Source: Saprospiraceae bacterium (GTDB lineage: Bacteria; Bacteroidota; Bacteroidia; Chitinophagales; Saprospiraceae). Taken from it: a stretch of DNA of 64,000 bases. Below the pieces are notes generated by a model. It was not told the DNA's origin and ran no database searches. It worked only from the letters and a program-made list of their open reading frames with translations. The stretch lies in NCBI GenBank assembly GCA_019638455.1, contig JAHBTU010000005.1:277054-341053 (forward strand), written 5' to 3'. Below are positions 7,489 through 16,704 of the stretch, in pieces (within the stretch, counting starts at the first letter, position 1; each line of letters starts with the position of its first letter). The translations under genes and the position numbers were made by a program.

Positions 7489-8934
7489 CTATATGTTCAA
7501 CTGAAAATCGCTCGCCCCTTTACTCGCTTCCAAGCCCATCTTCTTGCCTTCTTCGACCATGCGCCCAAACGCGGCCTCGAATTCGTTGGGGATTTCCCCA
7601 TCCAGAATCGCCTCTCGTACAGCGGTCTTGATGATGCCTACCTCTTTCGAGGGCGAGATGCCGAAAGTTTTCATGATGACCTCGCCCGTGATGGGTGGCT
7701 GCCAAAGACGCAGGCGGTCGGATTCGCTCACCAAGGCCATGCGCTCTTTTAGGTATTCGTAGCCTTCGAGGTATCGTGCCATCTTGCGCGGGTTCTTGGT
7801 GGTGATGTCCGATTCGCAAAGTTTCATCAGGTCGTCAATATCAGGCCCGGCATCGAAAAGCAGGCGGCGCACCGCGCTATCGGTCACCTGCTCTTTGGTC
7901 AAGGAAATAGGGCGTAGGTGAAGACGCACCATTTTTTGGACATATTCGAGTTCGGCTCCGAGCGGTAGGCGGAGATTTCGGAAGATTTTGGGCGCCATGT
8001 TCGCGCCTACCCACTCGTGGCCATGGAAGGTCCAGCCAGTTTCCTTGTCGAAGCGTTTGGTGGCGGGTTTGGCGATGTCGTGCAGCAAGGCTGCCCAGCG
8101 CAGCCAGAGATTGTTGCTGCGGCGGCAGAGATTGTCGAGCACTTCGAGGGTGTGGTAAAAATTGTCCTTGTGGGCGCGTCCGGCGCGGTCCTCCACCCCT
8201 TGCAGCGCAGCCACTTCTGGAAGGATTATTTTCAGCAAGCCGCTGTCGAACAACAGGTTGAAACCTATGGAGGGTTGTTGCGTGAGCAGGATTTTCTCCA
8301 ACTCGGCGGCGATGCGTTCTTTGGAAATGATATGAATGCGAGTGCGGTGCCTTGCGATGCCCTCGAAGGTGTTGGGTTCTATGACGAAGCCCAACTGGTT
8401 GGCAAACCGAATGGCGCGGAGCATTCGGAGGGGGTCGTCGGAAAAGGTTTTGCCGGGGTCGAGCGGGGTTTTGATGATTTTTTGCTCCAAGTGTTCCAAC
8501 CCGTTAAACGGGTCAATGATTTGCCCGAAGGTGTCGTCGTTGAGGCTGACCGCCAGCGCGTTGATGGTGAAGTCGCGGCGGTTTTGGTCGTCTTCGAGCG
8601 TGCCTTCTTCCACGTCGGGCTTGCGGCTATCTTCCCGGTAGCTTTCCCGTCGTGCGCCGACGAACTCTATTTCCATGCCTTCGTGCCGGAGCATGGCCGT
8701 TCCGAATCGGCTGTAAAAAGCCACCTTGGGACGAGGCGACAGCTTGGAGGCGACTTGCTCGGCAAGCCGGATGCCGCTGCCAACGCACACGATGTCAATG
8801 TCTTTCGTTGGGCGGCCCAACAATCGGTCGCGCACATAGCCCCCCACGACATAAGCAGGCGCACCGATTTCGCGAGCGCAGCGACCGACGAGTTCAAATA
8901 TTTTTCGTTCGTAGGGAAGGATGGAGAAAAGCAT
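7489..8934 (-). CDS. CCA-adding tRNA nucleotidyltransferase / poly(A) polymerase family with HD domain
   Basis: 481 aa. GGYVRDRLLGRPTKDIDIV is the nucleotidyltransferase motif, RRDFTINA is present, and HD is supported by LLHDIAKP. Confidence 0.85.
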   Translation of the reverse strand: MLFSILPYERKIFELVGRCAREIGAPAYVVGGYVRDRLLGRPTKDIDIVCVGSGIRLAEQVASKLSPRPKVAFYSRFGTAMLRHEGMEIEFVGARRESYREDSRKPDVEEGTLEDDQNRRDFTINALAVSLNDDTFGQIIDPFNGLEHLEQKIIKTPLDPGKTFSDDPLRMLRAIRFANQLGFVIEPNTFEGIARHRTRIHIISKERIAAELEKILLTQQPSIGFNLLFDSGLLKIILPEVAALQGVEDRAGRAHKDNFYHTLEVLDNLCRRSNNLWLRWAALLHDIAKPATKRFDKETGWTFHGHEWVGANMAPKIFRNLRLPLGAELEYVQKMVRLHLRPISLTKEQVTDSAVRRLLFDAGPDIDDLMKLCESDITTKNPRKMARYLEGYEYLKERMALVSESDRLRLWQPPITGEVIMKTFGISPSKEVGIIKTAVREAILDGEIPNEFEAAFGRMVEEGKKMGLEASKGASDFQLNI

Positions 8935-9035
8935 CGTTTCTGGTTGCTTGTCCGCCGAGTTTTATGGTTAAAGGCGGGTTGATTCGCAGGGGCAGTCAGA
9001 AATCATCTCAAACGAAAAAAATTGCCTCAATCAAA

Positions 9036-10352
9036 TTATTTCTTCAAAAGTTCCCCATAAAGGTCGTACTCCTCCGCGCCCGTGATTTGCACGTCGGCAA
9101 AATCGCCGAGCCGGACGTAATTGCCTTCTGCTGGCACCAACACCTCATTGTCCACTTCTGGCGAATCGGATTCGGTGCGCCCGACGTAGTATTTTCCTTC
9201 CTTGCGGTCGAAAAGGGTCTTGAGCACTTGCCCGATTTTAGCCTGATTTTTTTCAAAGGAAATTTCTTGCTGCACCTCCATCAGCCGATTGGCGCGTTCT
9301 TCCTTCACCGCTGGGGGCACATCGTCGGCCATTTCGTGGGCGCGGGTGTTTTCCTCATGCGAGTATTGAAAAACGCCGACACGCTCGAATCGTTGTGTCT
9401 GCACGAAATCCAGCAATTGCTCGAAATCGTCGGCTGTTTCGCCGGGATGCCCCACCAAAAAGGTGGTGCGCAGCGCCACGCCCGGCACCTTTGCCCTTAT
9501 TTTTTCCAGCAATTCCTCCGTCTCGGTGCGGGTGATTTGGCGGCGCATCAGGTTCAGCACGTTGTCGCTGGCGTGTTGGAGCGGTATGTCGAGGTAGTTG
9601 CAAATCTCCTTTCGCTCGGCCATCACGTCGAGTATTTCGAGGGGGAATTTCGAGGGGTAGGCATAGTGCAGGCGTATCCATTCGATGCCCTCCACGTCGG
9701 CGAGCGCGTGGAGCAGGCGTGGCAACTCGCGGGTTTTGTAAATGTCAAGGCCGTAATAGGTGAGTTCCTGCGCGATGAGCAGGAGCTCTTTCACGCCGCG
9801 CCGCGCCAGATTTTTTGCCTCAAAAACCAGTTCTTCCACAGGGCGGCTGATGTGTTTGCCGCGCATGAGCGGGATGGCACAGAAGGAACAGGTGCGATTG
9901 CAGCCCTCCGAAATTTTCAGGTAGGCGTAGTGGGGTAGGGTGGTGATTTGGCGCTCGCCGAGCAACTCGTATTTGTAATCGGCTTCAAGGCGGGCGAGCA
10001 GCGCAGGCATTTCGAGGGTGCCAAAAAAAGCGTCCACTTCTGGGATTTCTGTTTCGAGGTCGTCCTTGTAGCGTTGCGAGAGGCAGCCCGTGACGTAGAG
10101 CTTCTCGATGCCGCCCGATTTTTTGATGTCGGCATATTCCAAAATCGTGTCAATGCTCTCCTGCTTGGCCACGTCAATGAAGCCGCAAGTGTTCACAATC
10201 ACCACGTTGGCCTCCAATTCGGGCGCATCGTGCGTCACCTCGAAATCGTTGCCGCGCAATTGCGTGATGAGATTTTCGCTGTCCACCAAGTTTTTGGAGC
10301 AGCCGAGCGTGACGACGTTGATTTTATCTTTGCGAATGGTTTTCGTTTTCAT
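9036..10352 (-). CDS. rimO: ribosomal protein S12 methylthiotransferase RimO
   Basis: Trimmed to MKTKTIRKDKINVVTLGCSKN at 10352. The radical-SAM motif is CNRTCSFCAIP, and there is a C-terminal TRAM-like domain. Confidence 0.9.
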   Translation of the reverse strand: MKTKTIRKDKINVVTLGCSKNLVDSENLITQLRGNDFEVTHDAPELEANVVIVNTCGFIDVAKQESIDTILEYADIKKSGGIEKLYVTGCLSQRYKDDLETEIPEVDAFFGTLEMPALLARLEADYKYELLGERQITTLPHYAYLKISEGCNRTCSFCAIPLMRGKHISRPVEELVFEAKNLARRGVKELLLIAQELTYYGLDIYKTRELPRLLHALADVEGIEWIRLHYAYPSKFPLEILDVMAERKEICNYLDIPLQHASDNVLNLMRRQITRTETEELLEKIRAKVPGVALRTTFLVGHPGETADDFEQLLDFVQTQRFERVGVFQYSHEENTRAHEMADDVPPAVKEERANRLMEVQQEISFEKNQAKIGQVLKTLFDRKEGKYYVGRTESDSPEVDNEVLVPAEGNYVRLGDFADVQITGAEEYDLYGELLKK

Positions 10353-10499
10353 GCCTTGATGGAGCGATGCCCTTGACGACGAGTGTGCAATTTGATGAAT
10401 CAATGGCTGGGTGAATAGTGTGGGCGTGCGCTCGCTTTTGAGCGCAAAATTACGAGAACACACCCGCTTGCAAGCGCGAGAAATCAAGAACGTTCAAAA

Positions 10500-10985
10500 A
10501 TGTCGAAGCAGGAACCTATAAAAGTGCCCAGGTTCGAGGAAGCAGCCGGGTTTTACACCACCGCGAAACAGTCCGGGCTGATGCGGAAAATTCGCGCCGC
10601 CAACTCCAAAGTGGAGGTCGCCGTCCGCAAGGTGCTTTGGCACTTTGGGTATCGCTATCGGCTGCACTACAAAAAAGTGCCGGGCAAGCCCGACATCGTT
10701 TTTGTGCGGTGGAAAATCGCCATTTTCATTGATGGAGACTTTTGGCACGGTTACGGCTGGGAAGAAAACAAAGATAAAATCAAGAAGAATCGCGGCTTTT
10801 GGGTGCCTAAAATCGAGCGCAACATGCAACGCGACGGAGAGGTGGATGCAGCCTTGCAAGCAATGGGCTGGAAGGTGCTCCGAATTTGGGAGCACGAGGT
10901 GAAAAAGGAATTTGGTGCCACCATCGTCAGGATAATGCGTTTCATCGAATATCACACGGGTGAGCCAGATGCTTTTCGGCTGTGA
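10500..10985 (+). CDS. vsr: very short patch repair endonuclease
   Basis: 161 aa. The pattern RKIRAANSKVEVAVRKVLWHFGYRYRLH...GKPDIVF...IAIFIDGDFWHG is typical of Vsr. Confidence 0.85.
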   Translation: MSKQEPIKVPRFEEAAGFYTTAKQSGLMRKIRAANSKVEVAVRKVLWHFGYRYRLHYKKVPGKPDIVFVRWKIAIFIDGDFWHGYGWEENKDKIKKNRGFWVPKIERNMQRDGEVDAALQAMGWKVLRIWEHEVKKEFGATIVRIMRFIEYHTGEPDAFRL

Positions 10986-11189
10986 GGCATCCATGAAAAT
11001 CTCACCTCTAAAATTCCGATAGACGTTCTATTCTTGCTTATCGCCGTTTACCTTTGCCGCCTTTCTATACTCAACGCAAATTGGTTTCGAGAGCCGATAC
11101 TTGACGATCATTTGATTTTTCAATCGAATCAATCGGTTTAATCTTCAAAATCGAATTATTCGACTGTAACACAACTGCCACACGCCTTC

Positions 11190-11750
11190 ATGACACAGCA
11201 CCAACTCCTCGAACGACTCGATGCCGAATTGAAAAGGCTCATGGAAACAGTGCGTACCCAACTCGCACTCACCCCGCCCGAAGCATTGCAGGTGCGCCCA
11301 AGCCCTGAGAAATGGAACGCGCTGGAATGTTTCGCCCATCTCAACGCACAATTCGACTACTTCCTGCCACGCATCGAATTGGCCATTCACAAAGCCAAAG
11401 CCCGTTCGTGGTCGCCCGTGGAGGAGCGCAAGTCCAACGCGCTGGGGCGAAAAGCCATCCGTCGGGCCGACCCACTCAATATGGGCAAGATTCGCCGAAA
11501 AAGCCACAAACGCATCCATCCCAAGTATTTGGAAGTGCGGCAGCACGAAGTCAAAGCCTTCCTTATCAACTCTGAAATGTTGCTCCGCCTGCTCCAACAA
11601 GCCCGCGAGGTGGATTTGAACAAGGCGCGGGTCGTGCACTTCCGCTGGCCGCATTTCAAATTCTTGCTCGGCGACTTGCTCGAATACATGGTGCTGCACG
11701 CGCACCGACACACCTTGCAGGCACAGGCCGCCGCTCCCAAAATCGCTTGA
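11190..11750 (+). CDS. DinB-family (DinB_2-like) protein
   Basis: 186 aa. EKWNALECFAHL ... MVLHAHRH is the histidine-triad pattern of DinB-like four-helix bundles. Confidence 0.75.
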   Translation: MTQHQLLERLDAELKRLMETVRTQLALTPPEALQVRPSPEKWNALECFAHLNAQFDYFLPRIELAIHKAKARSWSPVEERKSNALGRKAIRRADPLNMGKIRRKSHKRIHPKYLEVRQHEVKAFLINSEMLLRLLQQAREVDLNKARVVHFRWPHFKFLLGDLLEYMVLHAHRHTLQAQAAAPKIA

Positions 11751-11839
11751 CGAAGGCATGGAATGACCGCTTTGGGCGCATGGGTAAAAAAAATCAACCC
11801 TACCATGCAGCCGCGCCACACCTCAACAGAGTACATTTG

Positions 11840-12015
11840 CCATCGCTACGGTGCCGATGTTCGAGTAACAGAGGATAATAGGGAACCCGGTGAGAATCCG
11901 GGGCAGTCCCCGCTGCTGTAAGCCTCACAGTTGTTTTTGGCATGAAGCCACTGCCGCGCTCAAAGCGAGGCGGGAAGGCGCCCAAAACGAGGCGAGCCAG
12001 AAGACCTGCCGTTGC
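11840..12015 (+). promoter_or_regulatory. cobalamin (B12) riboswitch
   Basis: It contains aatagggaacccggtgagaatccggggcagtccccgctgctgtaagc, gccactg, gggaaggcg and the B12 box agccagaagacctgcc. It lies directly upstream of a TonB-dependent receptor. Confidence 0.85.
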
Positions 12016-12128
12016 GACATACACATTCGGGCTTTCGGAGGAAAAGCCGGGTGATGATGCGATGTGCACAATGTGCCAATCGAAGGCGGGCATTCCACAC
12101 AAACGAATGCCCCCCGTCAAATTGGCGC

Positions 12129-14159
12129 ATGAAAGCTCCTCCCATTGCTGCCCGTCTTCTCCGTCGAAGACCCTCCATCTTAAAATCGGGCAGCGTGCAT
12201 CGGATATTCCACACCATCTCGCGTTTTTCAATTCGCAGCAAAACAGCCGCCGGCAATTTTTGCCTCCTCGCGCTCTGTGGGTTTGGGGCCAACCTCAACG
12301 GACTGCACGCGCAGGCCGATACCTTGCTCGCGCTGCCCTCCCCCGAAATCACCGCCCAGCACTTGCGCCGCCAACCCGCCGGAGCACAATCAACCACCCT
12401 CGATAGCACCTGCCTTGCCCTCCACCAAACTGAAAACGTGGCTGACGCGCTTTGGAAAAAAAGCGGGATGTATGTGAAAAGTTACGGCTTGGGCAGCTTG
12501 GCCACCACCTCTGCCCGGGGCGGCAGCGCGGGTCAAACTGCCATTGTTTGGAACGGTCTTCCGCTGCAAAGCCCCATGCTCGGCCAATTGGATTTTTCGC
12601 TATTGCCCCTTGTTTTCGTGGACGAAATGACCCTGCAATATGGCGGCAACAGCGCGGGTTGGGGCAGCGGAGCGATTGGTGGAGCCGTGCTGCTCGAAAA
12701 CAAATCACAGTTCATCACAGGCCTTTCCGCCCGCCTCAACGTGGCTGCGGGCAGTTTTGGTTGGCAGCACCACGCCACCACCCTTCGCTACGGCAATGGC
12801 CGCTGGGCTGGCTCCACGCGCATTTTTTTTGAAAAAGCCAACAACGATTTCACTTTTCAAATTCACCCCGACTTGCCGGAGACAAAACAAGAACACGCCG
12901 CTTTGCAGCAACAGGGCGTGTTGCAGGAATTTTTTTTGAAAACAAGGCCCAACGAAGAATTTGCCCTCCGGGTTTGGCTCCAAGACATTGCCCGCCAAAT
13001 CCCCCCGACCATCGTGCAAAACCGAAGCCAAGCCACACAAGCCGATGCCCTGCTCCGCACCACTTTGCACTGGAAAAAAACAAGCGGGCTGCTGACGTTG
13101 CAAACGCGGGCTGCCTTTTTCACCGAGACGCTGGACTACCGCGACCCGCTCATAGGACAAGCGTCGCTCAGCAAATTCCACACTTGGATGGGTGAAGCAG
13201 AGGCGACGCGATGGCTGGGGAGACAATCGAGGTTGCAAGGCTCCGTCATGCAGACCTACACCCGCGCTTCCACCCCCGCCTACGAAGCCTCGCCCCGCCA
13301 AACCCGCACCGCTGTCTTTCTCGCCATGCGGCGGGAAGGCCATCGTTGGCAAGCACAATTGGACGGGCGCATGGAATGGGTGGATGGCCGCTGGGTGCCC
13401 TTCACGCCCAGCGTGGGCGCAGAAGCCGAGGCGCTGCGTTTTTTAGAAATCAAGGGAAAAATCGCTCGCAACTACCGCTTGCCCACTTTCAACGACCTCT
13501 ACTGGCGCCCCGGCGGCAACCCCGAACTGCTGCCCGAAAGCGGTTGGAGCCAAGACGTGGGGTTGGTCTTCCACGGAAAAGCCAAGCAGTTGCGATGGTC
13601 TTATTCTGCCACAGGATTCCATCGCCGCATCCGCAACTGGCTCCTTTGGGCGCGTAAGGACGGTCAATTCTTTTTTTCGCCGCAAAACATCGCCGAAGTG
13701 TGGAGCCGAGGCATCGAGAGCCGCCTCGATGTGGCGAGCGCGTTTTCTTTTGGCGAAATAATCTTGACCGGGGGCCACGATTGGGTGCGCTCCACCAATG
13801 AATTGGCTGTGAGCAATCCGCGCATTGAGCAAGGGGCACAGTTGTTCTATGTGCCGACGCACCGTGTTTTTGCGGAGGTCTCCGTTCGGGTCAAACATTT
13901 CCAAATCACGGGTTTCCAACAATTTACTGAAAAAGTAACAGGCATCAACGAGGACGTGCCTAGTTTCAGCATTGGCAGCCTGCGCATACAGTACGCCCGC
14001 CCTTTTGGCGACTGGAACGGAGCCATTTTTCTGCACATAGAAAATTTGTGGGACGCGGATTACCAAGTCATCGAACGCCGCCCCATGCCGGGGCGACATT
14101 TCCGATTGGGCTTCAACGCGGGTTTCTCGACCCGCAAACACACCAATTCTTCATCATAA
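12129..14159 (+). CDS. TonB-dependent receptor, BtuB-like (B12-riboswitch controlled)
   Basis: The plug region is VADALWKKSGMYVKSYGLGSLATTSARGGSAGQTAIVWNGLPLQSP and the barrel ends in GFNAGF. The start is uncertain: the ORF opens at 12012 inside the riboswitch, so I used the ATG at 12129. Confidence 0.8.
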   Translation: MKAPPIAARLLRRRPSILKSGSVHRIFHTISRFSIRSKTAAGNFCLLALCGFGANLNGLHAQADTLLALPSPEITAQHLRRQPAGAQSTTLDSTCLALHQTENVADALWKKSGMYVKSYGLGSLATTSARGGSAGQTAIVWNGLPLQSPMLGQLDFSLLPLVFVDEMTLQYGGNSAGWGSGAIGGAVLLENKSQFITGLSARLNVAAGSFGWQHHATTLRYGNGRWAGSTRIFFEKANNDFTFQIHPDLPETKQEHAALQQQGVLQEFFLKTRPNEEFALRVWLQDIARQIPPTIVQNRSQATQADALLRTTLHWKKTSGLLTLQTRAAFFTETLDYRDPLIGQASLSKFHTWMGEAEATRWLGRQSRLQGSVMQTYTRASTPAYEASPRQTRTAVFLAMRREGHRWQAQLDGRMEWVDGRWVPFTPSVGAEAEALRFLEIKGKIARNYRLPTFNDLYWRPGGNPELLPESGWSQDVGLVFHGKAKQLRWSYSATGFHRRIRNWLLWARKDGQFFFSPQNIAEVWSRGIESRLDVASAFSFGEIILTGGHDWVRSTNELAVSNPRIEQGAQLFYVPTHRVFAEVSVRVKHFQITGFQQFTEKVTGINEDVPSFSIGSLRIQYARPFGDWNGAIFLHIENLWDADYQVIERRPMPGRHFRLGFNAGFSTRKHTNSSS

Positions 14160-14170
14160 AATTCAAACAA

Positions 14171-15142
14171 ATGCAACACCTTTTGACTTCTGTCGCACTA
14201 TTGCTGGCCTTCGGCGCACACGCGCAAACAGTGGCCAACTTTGAAAATTTCAACCTCCCGCCCAATACTTTTGTCAACAATGCCGGAGCGGCGGGCGCGT
14301 TCACCAGCGCCGATATCGAGTTGCCCAACAATTACAATGCGCAGTGGATGAGCTGGGACGGTTGGGCGATTTCCAACCGAACGGACGATACGACTCCGGG
14401 CTTTCTCAACGAATCGAGTGCCGCTGCGGGCAAAGGAGCCAACGGCTCTGCCACCTACGCGGTCAGCTATGTCTTCGGTGCCTCCATCATGCGGCTGACA
14501 GGCGCGACAGCAGGCGGGAAAGTGCTCGGCTTGTACGTCACGAACAACACCTACGCCTATTTCAGCATGAAGGACGGCGATGCTTTCGCCAAAAAATTCG
14601 GCGGTATCACGGGCAACGACCCCGATTTCTTCCTGCTCACGGTGAAAAAATACCTCAACGGCCAACTTGGCACCGACAGCGTCAATTTTTATCTGGCCGA
14701 CTACCGCTTCGCCAACAATGCGCAGGACTACATCGTGAAAGATTGGGCCTGGCTCGACCTCAGCAGTCTGGGCAACGCCGATAGCCTGCAATTCACGCTT
14801 ACATCCAGCGATGTGGGTGCCTTTGGCATGAACACGCCCGCCTACTTCTGCGTGGATGATGTGACGACGGAGGATGTGCTTTCGCAGGACGATGTTGTTT
14901 TGAATGCCCTGTCGTTCGATGTCTTTCCCAACCCGACCAGTGATTTTTTGAACGTCCGCTTGGCGGAAGATGCTGATAACGCCATTGTCCAAATCTTCGA
15001 TTTGCAAGGGAAATTAGTGTCTGAAAAAACGATTTCTGGCCCTCAGCCTCGTCTCGACACACGCCCGTTGCCAGCGGGTGCTTACTTCATTCGGGTAGGG
15101 CAAGGTGGCAAAATTGGCGTGGGGAAATTCATCAAGGAATGA
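14171..15142 (+). CDS. DUF4465-like protein with T9SS type A C-terminal sorting domain
   Basis: Trimmed to MQHLLTSVALLLAFGAHAQ, a signal peptide. FENFNL...WDGWAISNRTD...ATYAVSY...YVTNNTYAYFSMKDGDAFAKKF matches DUF4465 as I recall it. The C-terminus FDVFPNPTSDFLNV...YFIRV is a T9SS CTD. Confidence 0.7.
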   Translation: MQHLLTSVALLLAFGAHAQTVANFENFNLPPNTFVNNAGAAGAFTSADIELPNNYNAQWMSWDGWAISNRTDDTTPGFLNESSAAAGKGANGSATYAVSYVFGASIMRLTGATAGGKVLGLYVTNNTYAYFSMKDGDAFAKKFGGITGNDPDFFLLTVKKYLNGQLGTDSVNFYLADYRFANNAQDYIVKDWAWLDLSSLGNADSLQFTLTSSDVGAFGMNTPAYFCVDDVTTEDVLSQDDVVLNALSFDVFPNPTSDFLNVRLAEDADNAIVQIFDLQGKLVSEKTISGPQPRLDTRPLPAGAYFIRVGQGGKIGVGKFIKE

Positions 15143-15176
15143 TTAGGTGTGGCATGGCCGCTCATGCCACACCTAA
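15143..15176 (+). terminator. perfect 14-bp-stem hairpin after the B12 operon
   Basis: ttaggtgtggcatg - gccgct - catgccacacctaa, starting 1 nt after the stop at 15142. Confidence 0.6.
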
Positions 15177-15256
15177 TCAATGAGGTTTGGCGGGTTTCAG
15201 GTTTGCGTACATTTGCCCCGCGAACCCGTCAAACCGAAATCCGTCAGCCTCACAAC

Positions 15257-15556
15257 ATGTACACTCTCCTCCTTTCCATCATCATCGGCCTATTCGTGGC
15301 CATGTTGTTTCTGAACCTTTATTTCCGCGCCAAGGTGTTCAAGGTCTATGGTGTGCTGGTGCGCAACAAGGTTGAGTTCGGCGCGGCTCACATTTTCAAT
15401 CGGCAAAAATTGGAAGAGGAAATCCTGCCGAAATACCCGCAGTTCCGCAACGAAATCGAGTCGTTCATCCGGCATATAAAATACTCCATCAAAATGGCGA
15501 GCGTGCTGATTGCGCTGATTACGGCGTTTGGGGCGGTGTTGATGTATTACAGGTAG
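15257..15556 (+). CDS. hypothetical small membrane protein
   Basis: Trimmed to MYTLLLSIIIGLFVAMLFL. It has two hydrophobic helices and its own terminator immediately downstream. Confidence 0.45.
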   Translation: MYTLLLSIIIGLFVAMLFLNLYFRAKVFKVYGVLVRNKVEFGAAHIFNRQKLEEEILPKYPQFRNEIESFIRHIKYSIKMASVLIALITAFGAVLMYYR

Positions 15557-15557
15557 A

Positions 15558-15583
15558 GCGAACTTTCCGGTTCGCCTTTTTTT
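15558..15583 (+). terminator. Rho-independent terminator
   Basis: gcgaac - tttccg - gttcgc followed by cttttttt. Confidence 0.7.
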
Positions 15584-15707
15584 ATCGTTTTCTCTACATC
15601 TTATGCCCTGCTCAGTGTTTTCACCAAGCAGCTTCACACTCGGGTGCAAATGACTTCCCTTCCATACCTTTGCCACCCAACGAACAACCAATAACCAACA
15701 ACCAACC

Positions 15708-16688
15708 ATGCGAATAGCCCTCCTCGGCACCGGCCACCTCGGCAAAATCCACCTGAAATGTATCCTCGCCACCGAGTGCTGGGAGCTCGCCGGATTCTAC
15801 GACCCCGACGACAAGAACGCCGCATCCGCCATTGCCCAATATGGCGCGAAACGCTACAAATCTTTGGACAAACTTTTGGCCGACGTGGATGCGGTGGACA
15901 TCGTGACACCCACGCCCTCGCATTACAAACTCGCCGCCAAAGCCATGCGAGCGGGCAAGCACGTTTTTATCGAAAAACCCGTCACGGAGACCGTCGCCGA
16001 AGGTCGAAAATTGCTGCAACTTGCTGAACAGCAAGGCGTGAAAGTGCAAGTAGGCCACGTCGAGCGGTTCAATCCCGCCTATCTCGGCATCAAGGACATG
16101 GTGCTCAACCCGATGTTTATCGAGAGCCACCGACTGGCGGCATTCCAGCCGCGCGGCACGGAAGTATCGGTCATTCTCGACCTGATGATTCACGACCTCG
16201 ACCTCGTGCTGCATTTGGTCAAATCGCCCGTCGCGAGGGTCAGCGCCAGCGGCGTGGCAGTGCTGAGCCACACGCCCGACATCGCCAACGTGCGCCTCGA
16301 ATTCGCCAACGGCGCGGTGGCGAACCTCACGGCCAGCCGCATTTCCATGAAGCAAATGCGCAAAATGCGCCTCTTCCAGCCCGACCACTACCTGAGTCTC
16401 GATTTTTTGGAAAAAAATGCCCAAATCGTGCGCCTTTTTGCGCAAGATGCTTCCAACCTCCCGCCACAGGAACAACTCATGGAATTCGAGACCAATGCGG
16501 GCAAAAAATGGCTCCACCTCTCCATGCCCGAAACCCCGCCCGTGAACGCGATTCAGCGCGAGTTGGAAACCTTTCACGAGGCCATTGCCACCGACACCGA
16601 GCCTGTGGTGACGCTGCGCGACGGCTTCGAGGCATTGAGGGTGGCGCATCGAATTTTGAAAGAAATAAAGGCGCGGCAAGAAAGATAG
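15708..16688 (+). CDS. Gfo/Idh/MocA family oxidoreductase
   Basis: 326 aa. The N-terminal Rossmann motif is MRIALLGTGHLGKIH, followed by EKP (HVFIEKPV). Confidence 0.9.
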   Translation: MRIALLGTGHLGKIHLKCILATECWELAGFYDPDDKNAASAIAQYGAKRYKSLDKLLADVDAVDIVTPTPSHYKLAAKAMRAGKHVFIEKPVTETVAEGRKLLQLAEQQGVKVQVGHVERFNPAYLGIKDMVLNPMFIESHRLAAFQPRGTEVSVILDLMIHDLDLVLHLVKSPVARVSASGVAVLSHTPDIANVRLEFANGAVANLTASRISMKQMRKMRLFQPDHYLSLDFLEKNAQIVRLFAQDASNLPPQEQLMEFETNAGKKWLHLSMPETPPVNAIQRELETFHEAIATDTEPVVTLRDGFEALRVAHRILKEIKARQER

Positions 16689-16704
16689 GGGGCGGCATGC
16701 CATC

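Noticed and set aside
8017-9938. Long ORFs antisense to or overlapping real genes. Examples are 8017-8982, 8652-9938, 14198-15007, 15621-16703, 17416-18441, 21059-21709, 21840-22730, 33148-34107, 38193-39239, 41942-43024, 45153-46031, 49833-50648, 60087-61073, 60316-61278, 62200-63165 and 63195-63989.
   Set aside because: Each lies opposite to, or out of frame with, a gene that has clear family motifs. Their translations are Arg/Gly/His/Val-rich, low-information sequence typical of shadow ORFs in GC-rich DNA.
12012-12128. The ATG at 12012 as the start of the TonB-dependent receptor.
   Set aside because: It lies inside the B12 box and terminal stem of the riboswitch, and the first 39 residues are Arg/Cys-rich with no signal peptide. 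A downstream start (ATG at 12129 or a non-ATG codon nearer the hydrophobic segment) is more plausible, but I cannot fix it exactly.
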